Origin: Geosiphon pyriformis uo1
Taxonomy: Eukaryota; Fungi; Glomeromycota
Direction of reading: 5' to 3'
DNA length: 64,000 nt
Assembly: GCA_016748015.1 (NCBI GenBank)
Contig: JAAOMT010000144.1
Span: 74,557 to 138,556, forward strand
A program made the position numbers and the translations under genes. Numbering within the stretch: position 1 is the stretch's first letter; each line of letters begins with the position of its first letter. This document shows, one piece after another, positions 14,327 to 27,800 of this stretch. Below the pieces are notes generated by a model. It was not told where the DNA came from, searched no databases, and saw only the letters and a program-made list of their open reading frames with translations.

Positions 14327-15985
14327 ATGTCTTCCCAAAGAGAAGGTGAAAACGAAAGATTGATCCAGTCCGCAGAAATTTACTCTAATTACACGAACGA
14401 CAGGGATATTAGGAAAAATGTCAAAGTACCAGCAATAATAGATGCTGGCGAGCCTGTAAACGATCAGACAATGGAATTTCAATTTAAGCAGCGTATGGCT
14501 ATATATGTTGGCCTCGTTATGGCCATTTTTCTGGCTTCGCTAGACTCTACAATCGTATCTACTGCTCTGCCCACAATTTCGTCGGAATTCAATGCATTAT
14601 CTGATATCCCTTGGGTTGGTACAGCATATTTGTTAAGTTCCACGGCATCACAGCCACTCTATGGAAAGTTTTCCGATATCTTCGGGAGGAAGGCTTTATT
14701 CTTGTGCGCCATTTATGTTTTCTTGCTGGGTTCTCTGCTTTGTGGTGCTGCCCAAAGTATGATTATGCTGGTCATAAGTCGAGGTATCGCCGGGATTGGT
14801 GGCGGTGGTATCTATTCATTGGTAAATGTCATTATAGCAGACATAATCCCTTTACGAGAACGTGGCAAATACCAAGGAATTATTGGTGCAACGTTTTCAC
14901 TCTCGTCAGTTGTTGGACCATTAATAGGAGGTGCGCTTACAGATAATCTGTCTTGGAGATGGGCTTTCTATATCAATATTCCAATCGGGATTGCAGCGAT
15001 CATCGTGATTGTTAAACTTCTCAATCTGCCACATGTTCAAGGCTCATTAAAGGCAAAATTGTTACGCGTAGATTATTTCGGTACATTTATATTCGTAGTT
15101 GCTGTTGTATCAATTCTACTAACATTAAACTGGGGAGGGAATAAATACGAATGGACTTCACCTGTGATAATCTTGCTTCTTTTGGCGGGTGCATTCTCAA
15201 TATTGATGTTTATCTTTTATGAAGTTTACGTTGCTCCTGAACCAGTAATCACCGGACGTCTTTTCAAAATTCGGAATCCGCTGGCTGTTTTTGCCTGCAA
15301 TTTTACCACGGGCATAACTTTTTTGGGTCTTATATTTTATTTGCCAGTCTACTATCAAGCTGTGAAAGGTGATGGTGCTATGGAAGCAGGATTGAGGTTA
15401 GCCCCACTTATGTTGGGTATAGTTATTACGTCAGCTGTATCTGGTTTCGTGACCTCTTGGACAGGCTATTATCGAGGTTGGACCATTGTGGGCTATTCAT
15501 TAATAGCGATTGGAACCGGTTTATTAACAACGTTCACCGAAAAAACTGATCGAATCCAAGAAATTATTTACATTTTAATCATTGGGGGTGGTTTCGGAGC
15601 TTCACTTCAAACATCTCTTATAGCAGCGCAAACATCGGTTAATTATAAAGATGTTGCCGTCGTTACTTCTCTTACTGGATTTTTTCGATCAATTGGTGGA
15701 ATAGTTGGAGTTTCTATTTCTGGATCAGCATTCCATTATATGTTAGAAAAGCGACTCGTCGAAATTCTACCACCAAACGTGTCATTAGAAAATGTTATGA
15801 ATTCACTTTCCTATGTTCGAACCTTGCCCCTTGACGTTCAAGAACCGATTATTCAATCATATATGTGTGCGCTACAATATGTATTTCAAGTCTTGACTCC
15901 TCCAGCTGTATTATCGGTTTTTATAAGTCTTTTTATAGAGCATATTCCTCTGCGAAGAACCTTGGGTCCAAGATCGAACGAATAG
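14327..15985 (+). CDS. MFS transporter, DHA2 (EmrB/QacA/Vba-like) 14-TM family, paralog 1, 552 aa, intronless
   Basis: Motifs LDSTIVSTALPTI, GKFSDIFGRK (motif A), SRGIAGIGGG, GPLIGGALTDNLSWRWAFYINIPIG, many hydrophobic helices. Confidence 0.95.
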   Translation: MSSQREGENERLIQSAEIYSNYTNDRDIRKNVKVPAIIDAGEPVNDQTMEFQFKQRMAIYVGLVMAIFLASLDSTIVSTALPTISSEFNALSDIPWVGTAYLLSSTASQPLYGKFSDIFGRKALFLCAIYVFLLGSLLCGAAQSMIMLVISRGIAGIGGGGIYSLVNVIIADIIPLRERGKYQGIIGATFSLSSVVGPLIGGALTDNLSWRWAFYINIPIGIAAIIVIVKLLNLPHVQGSLKAKLLRVDYFGTFIFVVAVVSILLTLNWGGNKYEWTSPVIILLLLAGAFSILMFIFYEVYVAPEPVITGRLFKIRNPLAVFACNFTTGITFLGLIFYLPVYYQAVKGDGAMEAGLRLAPLMLGIVITSAVSGFVTSWTGYYRGWTIVGYSLIAIGTGLLTTFTEKTDRIQEIIYILIIGGGFGASLQTSLIAAQTSVNYKDVAVVTSLTGFFRSIGGIVGVSISGSAFHYMLEKRLVEILPPNVSLENVMNSLSYVRTLPLDVQEPIIQSYMCALQYVFQVLTPPAVLSVFISLFIEHIPLRRTLGPRSNE

Positions 15986-18900
15986 ACTCTATTAAAGATA
16001 GACAATGTGTTAACTATATTTAGAGTTCACTAAAGTAAGTTAGTGTTACTTGACTTGAGATTTTCAAATAATGTGATTGGCTGAATCAAATCATTTATTG
16101 ATCAATATAAAGATTTAATAATTGTATCAGTATTATCTTCTTATGGCTGGAGTTTGAATATATTCAAATATTTTGATCACCTTTTGACATTTCATATATG
16201 CAATAACATTCTGATATTATTAAATTTGGTTTTTTTTTCTGTTATTTTTGTATTTATAGACATGGTTTTATTTACTTAAAATCTAGTCTTAATTTTTATT
16301 ATTAATTAAGCATTTTAAATTTTTATTAATATCTAATTATTAGTTATTTGATTTATTCAAATTAATATATGCAAATTGAATTTTGGACTTAAAAAATTTT
16401 GTTGAAAATTATAAAATTATTAAAATAGTCAATATTAAATATATTTAAAAAGTATAAAAATAAATATTAATATGATTATTGACTTAATTAATAACTTAAT
16501 TATTAAATTAATTATTAATTCGATATTTAATTTAATTATTAATGTAATTACTAATTTGATTATTAATTTTTTTTTATAAATATATAATCAAAACTTCTTA
16601 AAACTGTAAAAATTTATTTATACTTGAATCAATTTATTTACACTCAGATCAATTTATTTAAAACAAATATTAATACAATAATATTAACTTTTTTATTTTC
16701 TTTTCACTATTTTTTTCTTTTTTTTTTCTTGATTTGTATAATTTTTAGTTTTTATAAAATATATTGAATAAAAATTTACTAAAAAGTACAATTAATATCT
16801 ATTATTAAATTTTAAAAGCACTAATATAAAACATAAAATTATATCAATTTGTTATTTTTCTGCTTTTACATTCTTTTGTTATTATTTAAAAAGAATAAAA
16901 ACTGAAATATTTATAAGACTGATTTTACATATTGAATTCTTACTAATTTAATTTGCTTATTAAAGTTGAATTACTTTTTTATTATTTTTATTTGCTATTT
17001 ATTAGCATATTACTGATTATAACAATATAATAATAATAACAATAAAAACAATAATTATAATAAGTAAAATTATTTAAAGTAAAAGATTTTTTAAAATAAA
17101 TTAATTGAATTTTATATATAATTTAACTATAATTAAAAATAATTGATTAAAAAAGTAATTAACTAAAAAAATATTAATTAATTAATAAGATAATTAACTA
17201 AATTGTTATAATCAATCATTAAATTAATTAATTAATAATATATTTATATATGGCACAAAAATAATAATTTTATTTAAAAAATACTGTAATACTATTTATT
17301 TTTATATTAGTTTTATAATTATTTTATAATGTAAAAAAATATTGAGTTTTAAGTAATAATATGTAGAATTTTCTTTTTCATCAGTTTTGCATGGTAATAA
17401 TGACTGGCAAATTAGATGCCTTGTTTGTTTTTATTAGTTATTAATTGTTTAATAATCTTAAACTATCATTATTTATGATTTAATATGTATAATCAGAACT
17501 GTGTTTAAAGTATTAATTTAAATCATTTTGTATTGTAATAATATATGTAATTTAATATTATATTAATCAACAATGTTTGCTATAAATTATTAATTTTAAA
17601 AAAATGTGTTCATTTTTGATCAGTCGTTACCAAAGTTAAGCAAAATTATACAAGATTAAAAGTATTTTTTATTAACCTGATTACTTTTTTATGGTATAAT
17701 GTACTTATTTCGAAAATTTATTAGAATCGATACAAAAAAATATTTCAACATTCAAGTATAAAAGTATGTAAAAATACATAATTACTAATATCTATTTTAT
17801 TTTCAATATGAAAAGAAAAATATTCACACACTGTATTATGAAGAATTGGAATTAACACAAAAACTTCAATAATAAATATTTAAAACCATAAAATGTATGT
17901 TAAGTCTAAAATACTAAATAATTTAAAACTAACTGGTAAATGGCTTTTTGGTGAAAGATGTTTTGAAAAACTTTATATACATAAATGCTTTTAAGACTTG
18001 GAATTTTCAACAAAATGTCTTAATCAATATTAAGTTAGAGTTTCGTATTTAACTAATAGAGCCGTTATTTTATATAAATGACTCAAGAATGTACCAACAG
18101 ATAATTATTTTTTAAATTTATTTAATAATAAATATTAACTGGTTTTTTCATTAAATATGTGAAACTAATAAGGTGAATAAAATTATAATAAAATTTAATC
18201 ATAAATGGTTGCATTATGTACAGTATACATGTATTAACAAATGAAAAAGCAAGTAACCCTCTACTGTACTTTGTTTATTTCAAAAAAATTCGATGATTTG
18301 TGTTGAGAAGAAATTCTCAGCAAAAATCTTACATTTAGGAGCAAATCTTGAACAACTTTTATTAGGTTATAACAATCTATGACAATTAGAAAAGCTTCTC
18401 CCAGGCTAAATCAATTTTTATAAGGAAAGATGCGTAGTTGAATTCCGGATGTTAATTCAGCAATTTCCCTGTGAATGACATGATTTCGTTTAAAATCCAA
18501 AAATAAACAAAAAAATTTGGTCTTTTCATACCCGCAAGAATGAGGAATTATTTTTGGGAAAAAAATATCAGACTTTTGAAGTCTAAATCCTTTGTAGACA
18601 TATTAACGCAAAATAGAATTCCGAAGCCAAATATAACATGAAACATTAGAATATTGAAGCTCAATTTCCACAAAAGAAATTCCAGAAACAAAATTGGACA
18701 AAAAAAGAACAAAGCGCACTAAGATACAGGAATTTATTTTTCAGTCTCCTATTCTTATATTATTTTTCAGTATATAAACTTACAATGAAAATTTTCCCTC
18801 AAAATTTTGGTTCTTTATTCAAAGATTGATGATTTTATTGTAATATTATTTGTTATAATTGATATAATATTATACAAATGAAATGGACTAATCTATTTAA

Positions 18901-19139
18901 AGAATTGAATTTACAGCGGTGGTTGATAAGATCTCTGTAAAAATTGAGATTTTGAAAGTTCCAACAACTGAAGCCCATTGATAATATAGTCTTTATTCAG
19001 GTATGCTATTCACAGACTGAAAATCACGCGTTTTCCATTGTAATATTTACAAAATGAGGAACTATCTATAATCAACACCCATGCTTTTTAACTGTGGCTT
19101 AGCCAAACAATTTGAAGGATCTGGCAATTACTCAATGGT

Positions 19140-20887
19140 TCAAACTCGAATCGCCATTCGTTTCAGCGTGATCTCATCCAATATCCGGCTAGTATAAACG
19201 GATTGCGGATGACGTACAAGAAAATTAAGTATATCTTGTCCGGGATCACCAAGAACCTTGATTCGTCGTGATTCAGCTTTATAAAATTCTTCCATCAATT
19301 CTACATCACTTTTTCGAAGCAATGCTCCATACCATTTACAAATTATCGCCAATATATTATCGATTGAAAATCGTTCCTCTGGTATATGACCCCAATTAGC
19401 ATGAATGAGTTCGAGATAGCCGTTTGGTATGCCGACTCCATAGGCAAGCTTGGGCCGTTTGCCTTCAATAATGGATTGCTTCAAATGTGAATCATGTGCA
19501 AATCCTGAAAATGGTAGTGACCCCGTCGAAATTTCATACATGACTATAGCGAAACTGTAAATATCTGCCGCCTGTGTATAAGCATCTTTACACCAGACTT
19601 CAGGAGCAATATATGGGACCAGCCCAAAAGGTGGTTGAAATTCCAATGGATCATTTTCAGGTCCACGACACATGGCTAAATCGGTGATCATCGGAACGGT
19701 ATTGTGCATCAATATATTGCCTGTGTTAAAGTCTCCATGTACTAAACCATATTTGTGAAATAGTTGTAACCCTAATGCTATATCTTTGGTTAATCGAAGT
19801 TTTTCTTGCCAATTTAACAGTGTCCATTTTTGATCAAGGTATTCTCGTAACGTGCCATTATTTGCTAATTGGTAGACCAATTCATAACGCCGGGTTTCTT
19901 CATTCCATGTTACGCCATAACAACGAATCACATATTTTATTCCTCGTTCAAAGTCCTCACCCCTACTAGGATCAATAATTAATAAAAGATTGGCTTGAGT
20001 CTTTGAAAAAATGCTAATTCGACAAAACTTACCCAAATTCGTTAAATCTTTGTAGCCAAAGCTTAACAGCCCGGAGCTTTATTTTGACAGATTCATTTTA
20101 GTCTCGATATGGATGAAGTGTTTAACGCAATTGATAATTTAAAAACAGGCTACCTCTTTGATGAAGAGTTTTTGACTTTTAAAAGACTTGATAGCCACTG
20201 TTGTTGGTCCATATCGTGGATAATTATCTCTTTGGACAGATTTTCTTGGGCCATCAGCCCAGAGTGCTGCGCTTACACTTCCAGTTCCACCTTCACCAAG
20301 TACACCAGGAATACGCACCAAGCCATTTGCTGGAATCCATTCAAGGAATGCAACTCTATTTCTTGTTTGAAATTGTGTTTCTTCAATGATTGAATTTATT
20401 TCGAGATTACCACTATCCCATTTTGGCCAATTTGTAATGAATTCTCGTTTTTCACATGCACCACACCAACCAATGTGACTTAAAGGTTGACGACAAAATC
20501 TACAAATTGTTCGACCAACTTCATCGTCTGATTTCCTAAGATAATTGGGCTCTGTTGAATGGAAAGATTCATGGTATAAAAAATTTGAATTGCAATACGA
20601 TGTTCCCAATAATGTTTGGACAACTTACTTGGAAAATCTTGAGGGTGAGTGGTTTCAAAATCAGATTTTTCAGACATGGCGTGTTTTGAACTGATAAATG
20701 AAGAGCTAAAAGATGAATTTTCTTGGCGCGAAAACTTAAAGCAGTTCATGAATGTGGACACACGCGAAAGTCGAAAATGGTATTTATGAAGTTTTTTGAG
20801 ACCGAGTTTGGGAATTTTAATAGATTTCCACAAGGACTTTTTACTTTGAGAACTCCTAAACTCGGTTTTACCGCTCATTTTGTGCAT
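19140..20887 (-). CDS. Tyrosine-kinase-like protein kinase of the type expanded in Glomeromycotina, about 508 aa, 4 exons (20887-20629, 20551-20154, 20076-20033, 19965-19140)
   Basis: GT-AG splicing gives 1527 nt in frame: CRFC...WCGAC...WDSGNLEINSIIEETQ...LEWIP N-module, GEGGTGSV, VAIK, FIKEL, HGDFNTGNIL, ITDLA, YIAPE, ADIYSFAIVMYEI. Confidence 0.88.
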
Positions 20888-21449
20888 GTTACCATAGATT
20901 TTAGAGACTTATTGCTGCCGGGAATGGAAAGTTTATGGTAGCAAAAAACAGTGCAGAGGAGGACAGCATTTTCTTTAATATGTGTGGCGGAAATCTATGA
21001 ATAGGCCAGCGATTCCCTGCAATAGAATTGTTTACAGTTAAGCCTGATACTTTTGTGTCTGCTATTAGCCATTCTTGGTAAGTAACAACGATGATTCACT
21101 GAAACCCGGACTGTAAGGGTTAATATTTTAGGAAATAACTCCCAAAAATAATGGCTGGAAAAGTTTAGGCAGATTCATTTGATCAATGATTAAGCCAAAT
21201 CAAAAGGGCTTAGATAATTGAAAATTTTTGCTGAGTAATGCCTATCCATAAAAATACATGATGGATGTGCTTCGGATAATAGAATCTTCAGTTTATAGAG
21301 TCATAAATGCACGTGATAATAGTGCAACAAGTTAAATCCATGATTTACCTCACAATATTCCTATTTAATCTATGTAAACACGATATCTAAACCAGCAATT
21401 GCATGTTTTGTTATTTTTTTAATATTAATAACTTTAACAATGGTTTTCA

Positions 21450-24400
21450 ATTAGTAAAATAGAATCAATTCTAAAAATATTCGCAAGCAGATTTATTTTT
21501 TAGTTAATTATTTTCTTAATCAATTATTTTTTTATTTAATTATATTTAATCACATTATTAATACATTTTTTTATTTACATTATAAATTATATTGTTTTAA
21601 ATTAATTTTATATTACATCATAATTTATTAATAATTATATATACTATTTTATTTTATAATTTGATCAATATTAGTATTAAATGTTTTAAATAAAAAAGAA
21701 TATTTTAAATCTGTTGAGACTTTTAAAAAATTTGGTATAATATACATTGAATAATTTAATGACAAACATAATATAATAAAGATTTGTTTTTAAATAATTT
21801 AAAGTATATATTGAATAATTAACAAATAATAATATTAATAAAAAAATCTAATAGTATATTAGAAATACAAACAATTTATTTTTAGATATTGTTAATATTA
21901 ATGCAAAAATTTGTAAAAAAAATTTTAAATTTATAATTATTGTATTAACTATAAAATATATTTTTATAAAAAAAGTTGTAATATATATACAATCAGTTAA
22001 GCAACCATATACATATATAAATTAAAACAACAAATTTAATATTTTAAAAGAAATATTAAATAAAAAAATATAGAATTGCCAATATTATTTTACATAAAGA
22101 ATTAACAATAAATTAAAGCAAAATTAAAAGTTATTTAGAAATTTTGAAAAATAAAATAATAATAAATTAGTTAATAAAATTTTTGTTATTATATTAGATA
22201 TTTAATTTTTTTTGGAAAATTATAATAAACTTATTATTTTTAATAGTGTTTAATGTTTTATATAATATATATACAGTTAATTATGTTTAATAAAGAATTA
22301 AATATTTTAAAAAATATTTTAAATAAAAATTTGGTTAATAATATAAATTAGAACAAACTTATTTTAGTTTAATACTTTAACAAATATATTAAGTTTAAAT
22401 ACAATTAATATAAAGAAATTTTGATTTTTGAATTTTTGATAAATAAATTTGGAATTCTACAAAAATTTTTGCAATTTGTCAAATTAAAAAAGAATTTATA
22501 ATATATTTCTTAAAGAAAAATATATAGTTTTAACAAAAAATTTATATTTAAAAATTAATATAATGAAATATTAAAAATTTTTAAAAAGATTAAAATAATT
22601 ACTGTTAAAATAATAAATTTTGTTTAATTAATTATATTATTAAAAAAATAATTATCATTGTAAAAACAAAAGCAAATATATAAAAAATATAATTAAATAT
22701 GTAATATTATTTAAGCATAAAAAATATTAATATTTATAACAAATTTTATAATAATTAATATAGCTTTAAAATTAATAATTAATCACAATTTTAATTTAAA
22801 GATTACCAAAAAAAAAGCTTTAAATTATTATATAAAATTGTTAAAAATAATAAATTCTATATAATTATATACAAAATTTTTGTACTTAAAGCCTGGTTTA
22901 ATAAATCAATAAGAGTTTTTAAATGAATTGATTTTTTTATGATTTAATTATTAATTGCAAAAAAAAAATTTGATTGTTTAATATTAAATTAAGATTAAAA
23001 ATAGGAAAAAAAAATTTGTTAAGTGTTAATAGATTTTTGTTTAAAAATATGTAAGACTTCATAATTATTATTCTTAAAAAATGTGTTTGCAAATTAAATA
23101 TTCTTGCGAATTATTAATCAATTTTAGTTTTTAAAAAAATTAATTGTTTTTTTTTATTTAAATTATAATATATTTGTTATTATAGATATATATTATAATT
23201 TTAATTAATGAAATGACTGGTTATATTTTTTTAAAGCATATTTTATTGTATCATAGTAAATAATAGTTAAGTTTTACTTATTAAATAAGATGAAAATAAT
23301 TTTTTTAATAAATATTGTATTACTTATAAAAAATTTTTTTTATTAAATTAAATACTACTTTAAATTTTTATTAAACTTTAAAAAGTATAATTTAATTATT
23401 ATTTAAATATATTTAATATATATTAGATTAAATACCGTTTACATGTTTTTTATATAAATAACTAATTACTTAAATTTATGTTAAAATCATATTAAATTTT
23501 AAATGTTTTTATTTTTTTAACAAATCTATTTTACTGTTTTATAATAAAAAAACCTATTAAATTCAAGTACTCAAAAAAATAAAGCATGTTTAATCACAAA
23601 ACTAGTCAATTATTAAAAAATTAATTAATTAATTTTATTTTAAAAATATTTGTTAAAGCAATAAGCTTTTTTTAATTCAAAAAATTCTAATACTGTTTTT
23701 TATTAATATTAACTAATAATTAAAAACACAGTTAGCAAAAACCAAATTTTTAAAATAAAAAATAGTATATTATTACAAATTAAAAAATTTTAACTTAATA
23801 ATAATAATTTTTTAGTTTAGAAAAAAAGTAATACTTCAATTTTTATAACAATAGCCCAAGTTTTTAAAATAAATAATGCTATTTAATAATTTAGATAAAA
23901 TATATGTTGGAATACAATTTTTTTGCTTTTTTAATAAAAAAAAAAATGCCAAAAGAATTATATTAAACAATACAATCAAATATTATCTTAATAAATATGT
24001 TGTAGCTGTTGTTATTCAAATTAAAAAAGTGTTATTGTTTATAACTGGATTGGAACCAATTATTATGGCAAAAAAAAACCAATATTAAGTAAAAAAACAC
24101 AGATTTATTTTTTAAAACAATAGTGATAAGTTCAAAATTTTTAAAAGCCATAAAAATATTGCTTTAAAGAATATTAAAAGAAAAACTTTTTTTAAAATTT
24201 TAATAAATATCCTGTTAAAATTGTTGTGAAAAAAAAATTTACGAGACTAAGAAGTGAAATTTTATGTTTTTATTAATAATTATTATTTTACAAATTAAAA
24301 TAATAATTATTAAATAAAAAATATTCAATATTATAACTGATTTATAATATATTTTAAAACTTTTTAATATTTAATAATCATTATAAATATTAAAAATTCG

Positions 24401-24800
24401 TAAAAACATATTTTAAATTTTAAATACACATTAAAATTTAATTATAATTTATTAAAAAAATGGATTTAATATTTAGTATTTTTTGTAATAATAATATTTT
24501 ACAAAAATGATAAATTAATTAATTATGAATTAATAAAAAATTGAAAATTTATTTTTAATGTTTTTTATTAAATTTTAAGTAATTTAAATTAAGATATTAT
24601 TAAGACATATTTTTATGAAAAAAATTGTCATAGTTTTTAAGACTTTAAATTTTTGCTAAATTTTTGTGAATTTAATTGATTTTATTAAGTCTTAAAAATT
24701 TTACTTAAAGCTATAAATTTTAACTGAAAATAATTGGTTTCCTGTTTTAGTATGTATGTAATTTAATAATTTAGTGATATTTTGATAACAATAACAATAA
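21450..24800. other. Extremely AT-rich block, probably a heavily decayed transposon of unresolved class
   Basis: Near absence of G/C and no long ORF. Same texture as the demonstrable ghost LINE at 37778-41133. No motif could be assigned securely. Boundaries approximate. Confidence 0.35.
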
Positions 24801-24812
24801 TAATTAAAACAC

Positions 24813-27800
24813 AAAAACTTCTTTCTTTCCTTTATCCCAAATTCTTGAAAAAGAGCCAAAAGTTTTTTGAAAAGAAGTTTTCTACAATTCAGTATGATAA
24901 ATCCAAATCTTTTCTGCTTAATTACAAGGCCATTGTTGGTCCCAATATTGCTGTAATGAAGAAGTCTGCTAAAGGCTTTAGTGCTGATACTGTTAGTAAG
25001 GACATTGCTTCTAGGAAAAAAAGGAAAGATGGTGTTTTGAAGGATGATACTGCTCAAAAAATAGTTGTGTCTAATAAAGTAATTGGTGGTTCTTGGGGAT
25101 CTGAGACTGAGAATACCACTGAGTCTGACAGTGTAAACATGGAAGAGAAGTTTTTGATTGAAGAAACTAGTGTAGATTATGAAGAAGGTAATCTTTTGGA
25201 AGGGAGAGACATTAACCAAACACCAAAAGGGCCCAAAGTAGTTACTAAGCAAGCTTTGGATAAACCTTTGGGCAAAATTAATTTTCTGGGCGATGATAAT
25301 GATGGTGATGTTCTATCAGATGGCCATTTAGAACTTCCTCCTCCTTTGAGAAATCTGGTTAATGTCCCTGTTCATAAGTCATTTGCTCTGGATATTGGGT
25401 TGGAAAAAGTGACTGGTAAATCTTCTCAAGAGAAACTTTCTGCAGTCAGGAAATTATTTTCAGAAATCAATAGTTTTGGGGGGCCTTTACCCTCTCAAAA
25501 TTTGCTGAGATCATCAAAGCAACATTTACGTCCGAATCAAGCTTGGCACAGGCTTCTAAAAAGGCTGAGAATGCAAAAATCTTGGTTAACACCAATCTCA
25601 AGAAACCAACTGGTCATTCAGATTGGGCTGTGATGGTAAAGAAAATTCCAGTTGGAACATCAGTTAAGGCTGTGCACACTGTACTTTCTGAATTTGGTTC
25701 TGTTGTGTCAATCAAAATGCAATTGGTAGGACTATGGCAAAAGGCTGTGGTTGAATTTGCCCAATTGAATCAGGCTGATTTGGTCACAGCTAGATGGTCC
25801 ATCTTGATCAGAAAGAATGCCGTGAGAGTGGCTAAGGCTAATTCGGACAAGGAATCATGGAACACAAGAAATCAGCATAGGGCTTTGCTCTACATACTGC
25901 CAATGGGCACTAATGCACATGATATCTGGGATTTCATTGGTTCTGTGGATGGGAGAACATGCGTCATTGATTGACATTCTGTTATATATGCTCAGACTAG
26001 ATGTACTATTGTCTGTTTTGACTCTGTGGCTTCAATTAATGCAGTTATGAAAACCACTCCTGTCTTGAAGGGCGCCAATCTGCGTTGGGCTCATATGGGT
26101 TCTGCTAAGTATGCTAAGTGTGGGAATTTGGGTCATACATCTTTGGGTTGTTCTGTGGGTGGGAAATCTTCTCCTGGTAGACTAGCTTGTAGAATATTGT
26201 CTGAGGATGATAAAAGCAGGCTGGCTTCTATTTATGTAAGGCGCTCTGTTTCAATATCCCATCCTGTGTCTTTTGGTGGCATTTCATGAACCAATGTTGT
26301 TGGTGGGTCTTTTTTTCCTCCTCTCTCTGTACGTGATGATTTAGCTTCTTCTGGTTCCTCTTCGGGGATAAAACCTCCTCCGTCGGTGTCTGTAGAATTA
26401 AATTATAGGTTTGCCACTCTTGAGCGTAATCTTGCCAGCCTCACGGAACACATGGACAAGTTGGCTAAAAGGTTGGACTCACTTGGGCCAATGGTTTCCC
26501 AGCCTAGCCCTGGATGTCAGCCATTGGTGACCCCTTCATCACAGAATCAAGGAGTGGATATAGTGATGAGTGAGGGTTCAGGTGTGGCCACTGGTGGTGA
26601 GGCTATTGCGAAAGTGGTGGTTTTTGATCCTTCAGTTGTCTCTAAAATGGAGGAAACTTTGCGCAATCTTTCAGTCACAGTTATGGGCCTCTCAGCCAAA
26701 ATTAACAATGCTGGTTTGGTTCCCAATGTTCATTCTTCTCAATGATGAAACTGGTTTGGAAAATTGCAACATGCAATGCTCGTAGTATCAATGTCCCTGC
26801 CAAGCAGAAAAATGTTGTTTGTTAGCACAATAATTCTGGGAATATGATTTCTATTGTTATGGAAATGAAATTGAGGTCTAATATTAGGTCTTGGATTATG
26901 AACAAGTTTGATGGGGTGAGGATATTCTCTTCTGGTTTGGACAATGGGATTTTTGGTGCTGGAGTGATGATCATTATGAAAAATTCTCTTGCTTGTCATG
27001 TTTCTAAGGTTGAGGAGGTACCTGGTCATTTTCTATCCATTTGGCTCTTTTTTAAGGGCAAGTTGTCAGTTGTGATTTTGGGCCTGTATGCAGATGCTTC
27101 TGCCAAGACTAGATTTGGCCAAGCTTGTGAAATTAACTCTCTTATTGCCAAGGCTGCTAATTCTTCTACGTTCATGGTTCTGGGTGGTGACTTTAATGAG
27201 GATGGATCTAGGAAGAGTGCTAGTCTTAAGTTCTGCTCAGATTTGGGGTTGGTCAACTTCTTTGGCAGACATCTTCTGGCCAAAGCTTCTACTTGGGGCA
27301 ATTCCCAGGGTGTCGTAAAGATTATCAACTACATTTTTGTGAGCAAAAGTTTGTTATCTGCTTTGGCTGGTTATGAAATCTCTTCTGTTTCTGATTTCTT
27401 TGATACTGATCATAATGCTGTTCTGGTTTCTGTTGATTTGGATGGTTTCTTGGATTCCCGTCTTAATAGTGAACGCAAACAGGTCAATAAGGATAAGTGG
27501 AAATTCAAGATCAAAGATACAGATGCTAATAAGTGGTTATATTTTAGGGAATGTTCTTTAGACAGGTTCTTGGGAAACATAGTTTTATTTAATAATGCAA
27601 AAGTTAATGGAGATTTGGATGCCATGTGGAGGATCCTTAAGGATGTGGTCTTTTACTCAGCAGATAAAGTGTTTTCTAGACGTTGGTTTAGCAAGTTTGA
27701 TTGTTCAAAAAATAAGCTGTCTTTGAAGTTTTTCAGGTTGGAGTTGTTGGTGGCCAAGTTGATGAAATGTTTGAGTTTGGGTCAGGTATCAGATGCTGCT

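Noticed and set aside
16200-18300. Decayed transposon in an AT-rich block (likewise 70-1000 and 5100-6900)
   Set aside because: Composition suggests it, but no termini or protein motifs could be read.
24790-24809. Target-site duplication for LINE-C (aataacaataataattaaaa vs aataacaataattaaaa at 31561)
   Set aside because: Suggestive, but low-complexity, imperfect and offset from the 5' motif; not called.
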